Of a stretch of DNA of 64,000 nt, positions 24,587-37,122 are shown piece after piece (position 1 is the stretch's first letter; every line of letters begins with the position of its first letter). Source of the DNA: Octopus vulgaris. Its lineage: Eukaryota. Where the stretch lies: assembly GCA_951406725.2 (NCBI GenBank), contig OX597815.1, positions 36,084,001 to 36,148,000 on the forward strand. Direction: 5' to 3'. Position numbers and translations under genes: made by a program. The notes under the pieces are model-generated. The model searched no databases. It was given only the letters and a program-made list of their open reading frames with translations, and was not told where the DNA came from.

Positions 24587-24693
24587 TTTGCCCATTCAAC
24601 ATTAAGAATCAAGTGGTCATAACCATAGCCAGATACTCCAAGAATAGCCCGAGCAGCATCTTCACGACGATGAAAATTGATGAAAGCAAAACC
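24587..24693 (-). CDS. EIF3G: eIF3g coding exon 8 ([36 protein letters not shown])
   Basis: atcAG acceptor, GTAAGT donor, 107 nt; RNP1 KGFAFINF spans the exon 7/8 junction. Confidence 0.97.
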
Positions 24694-25743
24694 CTGATCA
24701 GAGAAAAGAGAAATTATTAGAAAACCACGAGACAACTGTTAGATAAGTGCAGATGTAATGTTTCCACAAACATCAACACCACATATTTTATATATATATA
24801 CACAAAGTTCTCTATTCCAGGGACCAAAAAAGCAATAAGAAATAGAAGAAAATATAAGCTTAATGTAACACTTTATAATCCTGAGTATACCTGTCAAAAA
24901 ATGTTTTGAAAAGCTTTTCTTGAATATAATTATTCTATATCTCAAGTTCAAATAATTCATGTCGCTTTACAAGTGGTAATTTTCTTTGACTTTTTCATCA
25001 TACAGTAACTTATATTTTTTTTAATTTTTTACTTTTATCATTTCAAACACTGTTACAAAGCGATAAATTCGTAACAAACTGATATTTATTTTATCAAACC
25101 AAAGTGTATGAAAAGCTAAATCAGATGAATATGGCATTTTATTTAGTACGTTAACATTTCTGCGATAGATGTAGTATTGTTGAATGAATCTCAGTTCATC
25201 TCCAACACTTGTTTTAATCAAACCATCAGGAATGAAAGTTAAAGTCAAATCCATCCAGCACTATTTTAACTCAGAATGTAAGATGACAAAAATAAATACA
25301 ATAAAGTATTTAGTTTGGTCTTTTACCATTTCTACAATACTTATACAAGTATTTGTGATATTTTGTGCATCAAATTTTCCACTAGTTGATGTTTAAAAAA
25401 AAAAACATGATTTTTTTTTCATTACTTAGTTTCTGATATAAAATGTGTATGGAAAGTATTAAAGCTACCAAGTTTCAATATCTATGAAATGCACATTGAA
25501 ATATGTACGTCACAATACAACTACTCAATATGGGTTTACTGTGTTACACAGCTGTATATTTATGCCTCCCATGAATAGTTTTAGTAGTAGCACAGTTAAC
25601 TGTTATAATCAAAAAATCATAAATCAATCAATTCTATTAGCTTCTAACATGTTTTAAGGTTTTAACTTGATTTTCAATTTTAATAGACATGCACATAAAA
25701 GTTAGCAGAATTAAAAAGAGAAGAAAAACAAAGAAAATCTCAC

Positions 25744-25877
25744 TTTCGATTGGCATGTGTTTTTATCTTTAGCCAAATATATTCTGTGAATAGTTCCAAA
25801 GGGTCGGAATAGCTCTTGTAAATCAGCTTCACGAGTATCCTCAGAGAGATTCGTCACACGGATTGTTGCAAAGTCAT
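25744..25877 (-). CDS. EIF3G: eIF3g coding exon 7 (RRM: ATIRVTNLSEDTREADLQELFRPFGTIHRIYLAKDKNTCQSK)
   Basis: ttcAG acceptor, GTGAGA donor, 134 nt; RNP2 IRVTNL. Confidence 0.97.
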
Positions 25878-26931
25878 CTGAACAAAGAGATCAATAGTGA
25901 GACAATACAATATATTTACATAAACTACTGATATAAACATTTCTTGCTGACCAATCGATATCCTAATATTTCAAAATTATAGACATATCGATCTCTAATG
26001 TAAACCTGAAGTATTAGGCTAGGAAAAGTAAGTGCTTCACCTAAAGATATATCTTCTGTCAAAGAAGCATTTTACCCTGTGAAATTACAACTACATGATC
26101 TAAAATTATACCTTTATGTGTGAATCAGTATAATTATATGATCATAAATACTGAAGCATTTAATTTTGATGACAAGCTTTATCTAAGCAAACGGTCATCA
26201 TTCTTTAACATCCGCTTTCCATGCTGGCATGGGTTTGACTGAAAAACTGATGAATTGGGGAGCCACACTAGGTTCCAATCTGGTTTGGCATGGTTTCTAC
26301 AGTTGGATGTCTTTCCTAATGCCAACCACCCTAAGAGTGTAGTGGGTGCTATTTACATGCCACATATGTTTGTGTGTGTATAAATGTTTATATTCCCAAC
26401 AAACAATGTCACATGTAGCTCTATACTTTTCAAGCCCAACAGAATAAAAATCCCTTCCTTAAGGAAGGGCATATGGCTACAAAGTACAACCCCATCAATT
26501 AGTATTCATCCAATCCATGCCAGCATGGAAATACAAGACGCACAATGAATATAAGACATTAAGGTTGAGAAATTTGATGCCCAACCACATGGTTTCAGGT
26601 TTACTCTCATTAAACCTGAGCCAACCAAAGCCTTGAGTGGATTTGGTAGACGAAAACTGAAAGAACCCTATCATATGTGTGTGTGAGTAAGTGTGGATGT
26701 ACCTCCTTGTCTTGACATCATTTAGTTGCTGTAAATGAATGTCAGTCACATAAGCAGTGTCATTCAGTTCCAATATTCTGCATAAACACGTTAGCCAATG
26801 GGAGAATATTACCTTGCTAGGAAACAAGTGAGAGTTGGTGCCCAGAAGGGTCTCCACTGATAAAAAATTTGCTTCAATAAACTATCTGACTCATACAATC
26901 ATAGAAAAGTAGACACACACACACACATATA

Positions 26932-26993
<62 letters not shown>

Positions 26994-26998
26994 GAATA

Positions 26999-27392
26999 CG
27001 GCTGTGTGTGGTTAAGAAGCTTGCTTCCTAACCATGTGGTCTTGGGTTCAGTCCTACCATATGGCACCTTGGGCAAGTGTCCACTATAGCTTCGGGCCAA
27101 TCAAAGCCTTGTGAATGGATATGGTAGGCAGAAACTGAAAGAAAACTGCCATGTATGTGTTTGTGTGTATTCTTGTCTCAACATCATGTAACAGTTGGAG
27201 ATGAACATCACCGTCATACAAGAGATGTCTCCAGTCTTCTGTAATCCAACATGTCAGGAGATGGGAAATATTACTTTGCTGGGAAACAAGTGAGGATTGG
27301 CAACAAGAAGGGCATCTGGCTGTAGAAAAATGTGCCTCAACAAATCACATGTGACCCACACAAACATAGAAAAGTGGACAATTAATGATGAT
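26999..27392 (+). mobile_element. SINE with family A head/CORE but an RTE-type tail (older subfamily; related copies near 31620-31995, 42928-43345, 46840-47480, 60800-61210)
   Basis: Head matches family A; the 3' part aagggcatctggctgtagaaaa...atagaaaagtggacaattaatgatgatg matches the RTE 3' end. Confidence 0.75.
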
Positions 27393-28022
27393 GTTTGAGC
27401 CTCACAGGAGATGACGATGGGCTGAGATGTCTGGTGATATGAGGTTCTTGCAAAGACCTGACCACCTCAGCAAAACCAGAGTTCTGGAAGCATTGTGCAT
27501 TATGTGCTCTCCACCCACACATTACACTAACCCCCACCCAATGAACCAATATACTTACACTTGCCCCCAACTCTGGCTTCTGCAACCCAACACTGTTTAT
27601 CATCTCTCTTCTTTCTTCATGTGCCTTCTCTACAACCTTTCGTCACCAGGTACAAAACTATCTCCTTCAATACTACGCCCCCTCTCAGCTGAGAGGCCCT
27701 TTGTCTTGATGACCTCATCAGTACCACATAAAAAGCACTCAGTACATTCTGCAAAGTGGTTGGCATCATGAAAGCTATCTAGCCATAGAAACTATGCCAA
27801 AGCAGACACTAGAGCCTGGCGTAGTCCTCTGGCTTGCCAGCTCCTATCAAATCATCCAACTTATGCCAGCAAAGAAAACAAATGTTAAATCATGATGTTA
27901 TGCATAAAACAGAGGCAGCTATGTACACAATTGAAATGCTATATACAAATGCTCAAGTAAACAACAAACATTCTTTAAAATATTTGAGGTTCACCAGGAA
28001 AATACTAAAACAATATATTTAC

Positions 28023-28305
28023 CTCGTTTGCTATTGTTCATTGATTCTCCTCGTCCTTTGTTGGCACCATCACGCAAACTTGGTGGTACATATTTGCCAG
28101 ATTTTGATGCCAATGAACCAGCAACACTACCAGGAGTTGTTGCATCTTGTTTCTTCTCTCCTTCCTTGAGATTATCTTGTAATGGTTGTAGAGTGTCCTT
28201 ATAAGGACACCTAGTAGTCCAATGGTCTCCTTTACAAATACGACAAGTAACAATTTTCTGAGATTTTATTTTCAGAAGTGGGTCATCGTCTGTTTCAATT
28301 TGGTG
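28023..28305 (-). CDS. EIF3G: eIF3g coding exon 6 (zinc knuckle CRICKGDHWTTRCPYK; GKYVPPSLRDG)
   Basis: ttcAG acceptor, GTAAAT donor, 283 nt open frame with diagnostic eIF3g motifs. Confidence 0.97.
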
Positions 28306-28718
28306 CTGAAAATATTTAGAAAGTACTATTTGTCAAAAAGTTGAGAAAGTCATATACAATTCTGTTATTTCTGTACAAAAAAATTAACACATTGTTTTCA
28401 AAGGAATTTTCATATTAACACTTTACCATTCAGATTACTGCCAAATGCAAAGCTCATTTTATTCACACCGTTCTGAACTGATCATGCATTATCTCATAAA
28501 GATTTCGAAAAGGTCATTGTTTACTTTTAGAATGACATGGTAGAGTGTGAGAGGCTGCGTCTTGCCAGCTCGAACATAAAACAGGCAGAACGTTTGAACT
28601 GGATAGGGCTAGTTTAAAATCTAAAGTCTTAAGAAGGTATTCTCTGACAAGAATATTGAAGAACTAATAAAATGCAATACAATTAGTATATTCTGTAAGT
28701 AGACAATGGGTTACATAC

Positions 28719-28823
28719 CTCTTTACTGTTCAAAAATGACATGAATATGTCTTCAGAAATAATCGTGTTTGCAGGGTTAGGACCTGGTGGATCACTTTCA
28801 GCAGATCCAAACTTCTTCCATTG
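28719..28823 (-). CDS. EIF3G: eIF3g coding exon 5 ([35 protein letters not shown])
   Basis: ttcAG acceptor, GTATGT donor, 105 nt; WKKFG and DPPGPN motifs. Confidence 0.96.
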
Positions 28824-29406
28824 CTGAAGAAAGAACAAATATGGTCATAGTATAGCGAAAAAACAAGACAGTGAAAATAAGAGTTTTACATAAAATTCAT
28901 TAGCTGCATTATTGAACCTTAGCATAGCAAGTCTTCATAGTAAGACAAGTTTATCATCTCTTTATCAACTTCACCCTTTTGTTACCATATTTCTGTTGAT
29001 ATGCTCTGTGTTTCTTTCAATAAATTTTAAAATAACAAAGAATTTAATAAAATAATTTAGTTAGGAACATAAATTGTGACTAAAGTTTGGTGGAAGATTT
29101 TGTGCAAAATCAGTCTTGTATTGCAATCAGTATAAACTGACCAAGTTCTAAAACTAACAGTCAAATCTCCTGCAAACAAACTCTGTCTTATGATTGGATA
29201 GACCCATAGGTAAAGATGTTCAAACCATTTTTGTAATGTATCCAGAATACATAGCACTCTTTTTTGAGGCTGAACAGCAAGTAAAAATACTCTAGAGAGA
29301 ACAAACTAGAAGGTACTCAGCTTAAAAAATTGAGTAATATGAGAGAAAATCTGTTTTGCCTTTGTTGACTATCAACAAACATTGTATAATCTGAGTCTGA
29401 AAGGGA

Positions 29407-30588
29407 TATAAGGCAAGACTGAAAAGTTCATAGGGTGACTATGAAAGAATGATGCTAGAGCCATGAAATCTTGCATGCATTAATTTCAATCTCCTTAATA
29501 ACTGCATTGTTTCAAGGCAACTAACACGACTCTTCAAAGAAAACTTTAAGAGTAACCAGTAGCGACTTCTCTGGAAAATTTGGTATCATGGTGTTATCAA
29601 GTACCTGCTGAAGAAGGATTTTGCCCCCATGGTTGCCACATTATGTTCAAGCTTGATCAACAATGCAAAAGTGAGCAGCTGAATTTAGGAGGGGAAGGGA
29701 ATCTAGAAGATGACTCATGGTCTGGACATTCTACAATAGTCACCACCGAGGAAAACATTTGTGTTCACTACATGGTGATGGGTGACAGACAATTGACTAT
29801 AAACCAAATAGTCAATGCTATTAGCATATGCCACAAGAGAGTTGAAAATATTCTACACAATGAACTTGGCATGATGAAGGTTTCTGCTCAGTGGGCGCCA
29901 CATCATCTGATGCACCAGGCTAATCACATCATGGGAAAATCTGACACTAAGATCCAGCTGGTTTCCTAGAAATTTTCATAACCCAGGAGTGTTAGCTTCA
30001 TCACTTTGAACTAGAGACAAAAAAGGCAATCCATGCAGTGGAAACACTCCTCCTCACCTGAGGCAAAAAAGGTTTGCCTCTGCAGAAAGACGATGGCCTC
30101 AGTTATTTAGGATGCAAAAGGCACTGTTTATTCTTCAAAAGAATCTCACCATCAATGGAAACTATTATGCTAACTTGTTGAGGCAGTCACAAAAGGCTAT
30201 CAAGACTAAATGCCCAAGAAAACTGATGAAAGTGGTCTTGATCTTGTTTCATCAGGACAATGCTTCAGTACACAAATTTTTGGTTTCAATGTGACTATGG
30301 CATTGAATTGGTTGATCACCCTCTCTATTCTCCTGATTTGGCCCCATCTGATTATCATCTATTCCTCAACGTGAAAAAAATCTTGGCTGGGAACCAGTAT
30401 TGCAGTGATGTCATATCTGCTGTTTTGACCAACAGCATGAAAGCTTCTCCACCAATGGGATCCAAGCACTGCAACACTGATGGAAGAAGTGTGAGGACAG
30501 TAACAGGGACTATGTTGAAAAATAAGCCTCATTTGGTCAAATTCCATTAGAGTATCTTGGTCAACTTATGAATTTTTCAGCTGACACT
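29407..30588 (+). mobile_element. Mariner-family transposon, decayed, in eIF3g intron 4
   Basis: FHQDNA and HPLYSPDLAPSDYHLF motifs; TIR remnants at both ends. Confidence 0.9.
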
Positions 30589-31148
30589 AGATGGCATAAA
30601 ATATGAATAGACAAGAGAGGGGATAATATTTCTACTCCCTTTCCTTGCATTTATGTCAAATTTAATTAAATCTGCAGAGCATAACTTTAAAAAAAAACCT
30701 AAGATGAAAGAATAAATCAAATGATTCTCAAAGTGAGAGATAAAAAATTAATAGCAAAATCAATTGAATAGCAAGGTTTTAATAAAAAAAACTATTCATG
30801 AAACATCAGATCAATTTACATTGCTGCTGTAGATAAATGCTGGGTCAAGAGTTAATCTAGATGATGAATTGATAATGTTTATTTAAAATCATCAAGATAT
30901 TCATTTGTATATAATGTTCTTGCAGCTTGATACTAATTGGAACTTATACATTAAAATAGAATAGGAAGAAATGGTTCTCAATCTGATACAATCACATTCA
31001 TGTGTGTAAGCTTATTTAAACACACACCACAAAGGAAATTTTTTTTGATGAAATATCGAATGCGAATGCAGTTTCATAAAATAAAATTAGTGGATGTAAA
31101 TGTAACTGAATTCCTCGTGAAAGAAAAAGAAAATAATAAAAAACAAAC

Positions 31149-31208
31149 CTTTCGCCTGGCAATAGATTTAGTGAGCTTTTTTGTTTCAACTCTGTAAGAT
31201 TTGACAAC
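31149..31208 (-). CDS. EIF3G: eIF3g coding exon 4 (VVKSYRVETKKLTKSIARRK)
   Basis: tatAG acceptor, GTTTGT donor, 60 nt; conserved IARRK. Confidence 0.92.
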
Positions 31209-32293
31209 CTATAAAACAAAATACATGAATAAGCAATATCATCATTTAACATCTGTCTTCCATGATTATGCAGTGTTATATTAAACTCAAGACTATAAAT
31301 AGCTTGGCATTTCAAATCATGTTTGTCGTCTTCAATTTAGTCACAGTAATGATTGCACACTCAAACCAAGAGAAACAATAAAGGTCGAGAGAAAAACAGT
31401 ACGGGTTAAATATATAGGAACCAGTCTTTCAAAAATAGAATTTCTAATATTTCCTAGACTATGAGGTAAAATAATTTGATGAATTAAATTTGCCAAAGCA
31501 GTTAGTTCAAAGATAGAAAATACCCTCATGATTTAATTCAGTAACTGTAAACTCTTTGGAGTTGAACTAAATTGCCAAAATGAACACAAGGAAACTGTCA
31601 TAACTGTGATACTTGTAAATCATCATAATTCTTACGTCCACTTTCTTATGCTTCCATAGGTCAGATGGAATTCATGCAAACAGATTTTCTATGGCAAGAT
31701 GGCCTTCTTGTCATCATTTTTCACCTGTTCCCAAGTTAATATTTACACAGAAGATTGGAAATGACACTGGATTGGAAATGAAGACTGCTTGTGTAACAGT
31801 GCCAGTTGCTTCAAGACAAGAAGATGCAGTCATACACACACATTAATAGGTTTTCAGTTTCTGCCAACCAAATTTACTCAAGGTTTTGGCCAACCTGGTT
31901 GTATAGAAGAAGACACTTGTCCATGAGGTCACACGGTGGGACTAAACCTGAAATCACAGAGTTGGGAAGCAAACTTCTTAACCATGAAGCCATGGCAGAA
32001 CCTAGTATAAATGTGATGTTTTAGCTAAAAATAAACACTGCACTTTATATGCTAAGAGGGCACCATGTTAATTTTGTAGTCAATCAAACAACAAACTTAA
32101 ATATGTCAAACAGCAATACTAATTAAATAGGTGTTAAAATCAATCTTCAAAAGTAAACACAGATGCAATGGTAATTGAGTCATAAATTCATGACTATAGA
32201 TTGCTGTCCAAATGGTTATATTTTTAAATGTTACTAACTTAAGGCACTATTTCACATATGATGGATATAAATAAAATAAAATTCATGTCATAC

Positions 32294-32415
32294 CTTAATG
32301 TGCTTCCCTAAGTCTTCACTCCAATTGACTTCTGTGATTTTCTTCAGTCCATCTTTCTCTTCAATAGATGCTTCACCCGATTCTCCAGGAACTAAAGGTA
32401 TTTCATCTTCATTAT
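32294..32415 (-). CDS. EIF3G: eIF3g coding exon 3 (DNEDEIPLVPGESGEASIEEKDGLKKITEVNWSEDLGKHIK)
   Basis: cctAG acceptor, GTATGA donor, 122 nt, phase-compatible on both sides. Confidence 0.88.
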
Positions 32416-33261
32416 CTAGGTTAAAAAACAAAACAAAAAAAAAGAACCCCACATTTTACACTGTTACAAAGCCAAATATGGATGAAGGGAGAATAGTCAA
32501 CTTTTATTGCTAGTCCCAGAAAACATTGAAATAAAAATTTCATCCACCTAACACTTAAGATTCAATACTTATATTTATTTCTGTAAGGCAAGATAAGTGA
32601 AAAGTAAAATCAATTGTCAGGTTTTGAACTAAGAACACAACTAAATTCTTCTAATGCAATTTGTAGAACCTGCCATTGACTAATAATGATTATTAAGAAA
32701 GGTACAAAGCTACAAAGTGGAGAGTAAAGTAAATTACATTGATTCCATAATTGACCGGCACTTATTTTAATAAGACCACAAATATGAAAAGTTAGCCATA
32801 AGATCTGAACTAAAAACAAAAAGGAATGTAACACTGCAAAACATCTTGTCAGTCAGGTGCTATATCACCTGGTAATAAAATGAGAGGAAAAAATACCCAT
32901 TGGGTAATATGAACACGAAAAAAAAATCATTATTATACCTATGGCAACTTATCTTCTAAACCAAAAAATATGTTGTCAGGAATGGGGTGATCTCCACAAT
33001 ATCAGGAACTTATAGAGGGTGGCCACTGGGGATATGGGCCACTTGATTTTGGTGTGCAGTTGTTTTCCATGGTGATATCAAGTTTGTCTAATGGCATTTT
33101 TTTGGTAATCTAGTTATGCTTGCTTGCCATTTTTTTGGAAGTATATTCTATTCTGTCTGTTTTGTTTGCAGTTACCTGGAATACCCTGTATTTAGGCACT
33201 GGGCTGTTATTTGATAAGTTAGATGAGTTAAATATGCTTAATTATATTTTAGATAAACAAT

Positions 33262-33663
33262 AGGCGCAGGAGTAACTGTGTGGTAAGTAGCTTGCTAACC
33301 AACCACATGGTTCCGGGTTCAGTCCCACTGCGTGGCATCTTGGGCAAGTGTCTTCTGCTATAGTCTCGGGCCGACCAATGCCTTGTGAGTGGATTTGGTA
33401 GACGGAAACTGAAAGAAGCCTGTCGTATATATGTATATATATATATGTATGTGTGTGCGTGTGTTTGTGTGTCTGTTTGTCCCCCTAGCATTGCTTGACA
33501 ACCGATGCTGGTGTGTTTACGTCCCCGTCACTTAGCGGTTCGGCAAAAGAGACCGATAGAATAAGTACTGGGCTTACAAAGAATAAGTCCCGGGGTCGAT
33601 TTGCTCGACTAAAGGCGGTGCTCCAGCATGGCCGCAGTCAAATGACTGAAACAAGTAAAAGAG
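33262..33663 (+). mobile_element. tRNA-derived SINE, family A (about 400 bp, CORE-like domain, internal TA/TG microsatellite), in eIF3g intron 2
   Basis: A/B-box head tgtgtggtaag...ggttcagtccc; ttgggcaagtgtctt; 3' gaaacaagtaaaagag; several near-identical copies in the window. Confidence 0.9.
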
Positions 33664-35781
33664 AATAAAAGATAAGAAACAAGAGAAGCATCTGATCATG
33701 AAAGGTATGATGTGTACAACTGTATTTATATAGAATTTTAATATAAGTATATGGTACTTTGAGAAAACAAGCACAAAATGATTTTGACTGAACACTAATA
33801 GACTTTTGACAATCAGAACAACAAGAATACAAGTTTAAGGTTTGGAAATGTCATTTCACAGACCTGTCAAATGAATGACTACAGGAAAAGGCAGAAACTT
33901 GAGGTTTTAGTGCCGAAATGAAAATTTTTTAAAAATCGTTCTGACGAAATATGATACTTCTAGTAAATCTAACATTACAGTGGGTTTGTATTTAAAAGGC
34001 GAAAGAAAACTTAAACGATAGTTTTTTTTAAAAATATACATGGTTTATTTCAAATATTAAAAAATATATATTGCGTTGAATCCATAAAGATGCGTCTTGC
34101 GGGAAAAAAAAAACCCAGCAACAAAAAACACCACTCGGTTCTAGAAAGACAATGCTGTTTTGAATAAATGAGCAATTATTCATCCAGCCTCTTTAACCAA
34201 CTGCCCTAAAATCGGTCGAAAAATATGAAAAAAACGCTTACCAGATATTGTAAACTACAACTAAGCACTTGCAATTAAAGACGGATGCGTAGTTGAAGAT
34301 GTATCACTGAATTAGTTCATTAAATTCATGGAATGTATAATAGCAACTGCAAGCCTAAATTAAATGAGAATTTACCATAGAATTTCCGTTTCTACTGCGA
34401 CAAAGCTCGAATTACAAATCTGATCTAGTTTTTTGCTGTTCTAATGTCCAACAGAGACTATCTTCTTATATACTAAAAGGACTGAAGCGAAAATCTACAT
34501 GTACTATTTATTATTCATTATATACCGTATAGCTTATCCTAAATATTGATGCGATCGTGTACTTTATACGACAAACAAATATTAAATTTTATATATCAAT
34601 GAGTCAATTCTATCTATACTAACAAGAACAGAACTAATAATAATGGTAAAATTTATTATAGACCAAGTACAATTATGTCCAACTCACACAATCTGCGTCA
34701 TTTTTCTACTCGTGAACAGAAAAGACAAAAACTATCGTGGCGGAATCGTTTGTGTCGGACAAAAGCGCTGTGTGGTATTTAATTACGACACTTTTATGTT
34801 TTCAGTTCAAATCACATCGAAAACAATTTTGATTTTCAGGTTCTTGAGGTTGATAAGATGGCAAATAATTTACTAAGGTTAATTTATATTCCAATAATGC
34901 GACCGAGGTGGAGAAGGGCCCAACAATATATAAGATGTTAAACAAAAGACAACGAAAAATTTTCAGCATAGACTGCAAAGAAATTTAGGCAATCTTTCGT
35001 CTCTAGTAGACCTTTCCGTCGATTTCCGTAAAAAAATTTTTATTTTTACATATGGGCTTGCGGGAACTTTTGAAGGTAATGAGAGCGAAAGAGACTAAGA
35101 GAAAGCGATTGTATGACGAGGGAAGTTCTTTTGAAGTTACCGTGCATGGGAAGCATTGATGTACATGTGTGTGTGTGTGTGTGTTTGATGGGGTGTGGGA
35201 GACAGACAGTATGTTGTGTAAGGATCGCCGAAATTTATCTTTTTTAATTGATCCAATTAGGAGAAATGCAAGATAAAGTTCAAAACTGAGAAAAAGGAAA
35301 AAAGAAAACAAAAAAACCGCATTGAACGGCGCCATTTAGAATCGGAAACACAAGAGAACCGACAGCTGGTTAAAGTGTGGATGTATATATATTTATAAAC
35401 ATGAATATATATGAAATATCGAAGGAGAGGATGGGATCCATCATGAGAAGGTTCTTGTTTTAAAAGTATTTCAAACATTGATAAAAAAGTTAAAATAGTA
35501 TTAATAAATTCTGACAGCTGTAGGAGGAAGAATACCGAAATAGTAAAAGCATGTGGTGAAAGAAAATCTTTACACCGGCTGCTTGATGATATTATGCCTT
35601 TAATAGTAGCTTGACAGATGTATACTATTTTATAAATGTTACTCAAATCATTAACTAAAAACTGTGGGAATAAATTTACAATAGTAAATTTAAATAGAGG
35701 AGATTACAGCTACAAAAGAATATGATAAATAATAGTGGACATTTACACCGAAATATAATTTGTGCGAAATAAGCCACATAC

Positions 35782-35819
35782 CTTCGTGTTCAACCTGTTC
35801 CGCCCAGCTCAGTTTTCCT
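35782..35819 (-). CDS. EIF3G: eIF3g coding exon 2 (GKLSWAEQVEHE)
   Basis: atcAG acceptor, GTATGT donor, 38 nt; SWA(D/E)QVE motif of the eIF3g N-terminus. Confidence 0.9.
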
Positions 35820-35930
35820 CTGATTAAAATAAAGAATCACATATATTAATATACGCAATCAAACGAGAGAATATCTATTTCAACGTGAACGGACATTACA
35901 ATGAATATATATATATAATGAAAGACTTAC

Positions 35931-35935
35931 GCCAT
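35931..35935 (-). CDS. EIF3G: eIF3g coding exon 1 (ATG GC, 5 coding nt)
   Basis: cactATGGC|GTAAGT; its phase-2 end joins exon 2 to give MAGKLSWAEQVE. Confidence 0.8.
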
Positions 35936-36010
35936 AGTGAGAATTTCTTTTCAGAGCCACCACAACCTGCCGATTTTCCCTTATGGCAACCACACTACCA
36001 CAATGCACCA

Positions 36011-36028
36011 CACTTCCGGTATGACGCA
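36011..36028 (-). promoter_or_regulatory. eIF3g proximal promoter: adjacent ATF/CRE half-site and ETS site (TGCGTCATACCGGAAGTG)
   Basis: Motifs lie about 80 nt upstream of the ATG; typical of housekeeping promoters. Confidence 0.55.
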
Positions 36029-37122
36029 GAAGTTCAATTACTATGGGGGAAACAAATTTTAAGTCGAGAACCATTTGTTGTTTAGTCCTGGATCCGCCTT
36101 GATCAAACAGACTAAGACCGAAGGTTTTCTACCCGTCATCATCCTGTCTGGTTGATAGTTCCACTAAGATTACACTTTCCAATGTGTCCGCTTCTAAGAT
36201 AGCAGAGTGCGATTTGACTGCTATTTCTTGCAGGCTGAGACACAATCTCTCCTGTTGATTGGAGATTGTTGCACACAAGAAGCACATTTGCTAACTTTCT
36301 CGTTTTATTACATCTTAAAGCTAATTTATATGAATGCTGTTTATCACTACAACACGTCAACTCTGGTCAAGAAGGCAGTCAAATTGAGCGAAACTAAAGA
36401 ATACGCACACCCGGTAGTTAGGGTTAAGGTTTTTGTTACGCCGAAAACGGGTGGTATTCTTTACCTCCGCCGTCAAAATGGTCAAAGATATCCCAGCCAT
36501 ATCCTCCCTGTCTTATTTCCAGACGGAGTATATGGGTCCTTCCTTTTTCAAGACAGTAAGGGGGTGATCTGAGAAGATTTAGCTGCTGTTTTTTGTAGGT
36601 CGAACGACCAATTAGACACTTCAATGCTAGCTTGTCTTTCTTAAAGTAATTTATTGTTTTAGTTGTTGTTTCACAGGGTAGCCTTGATTAATTAGACTTA
36701 CGGTCAAAAGCTCTTCAATCTTATGAAGAGCTTCTTTCAGGTTCCATTACGAAATCCTCTCACAAGTCTTTAGCCAATCTAGGGCTATAGTAGAACTGGC
36801 TCAGGATTCACATGGTGGGACTGAACCCCAAAGTCACATGGCTGTGAAGAGAGATTCACAACCTATGTCCAGCCATGCGCGCGCACACACACACACACTA
36901 CTGGATTACTATGTTCAAGTCTTCTTTGTTTGACAGATAGTGATTGTATTGACAGGCTGTTCTTGTATTCTTGTTCTTCACTTGTTACCATGACGTACTG
37001 ACCATTGGACTACCCAACTGCTGACTTTTTTCATCATCGTTCGACAGCCAGTGGCTGCAGAAACCTAACAGGTAGGCAGCACTGTACAACTGCCACCCCC
37101 ACCTGTGCGAGGAGCCAAAATA

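Noticed and set aside
30800-30900. C/D snoRNA candidate in eIF3g intron 4 (TTGATGA ... CTGA, about 90 nt, minus strand)
   Set aside because: Imperfect C box, weak terminal stem, and no rRNA/snRNA-complementary guide that I could recognise.
34730-34885. Nested plus-strand gene (ttttcAG|gttc...ATGGCAAAT...AAG|gttaat)
   Set aside because: Only short splice-like motifs; no downstream coding exons or homology found.
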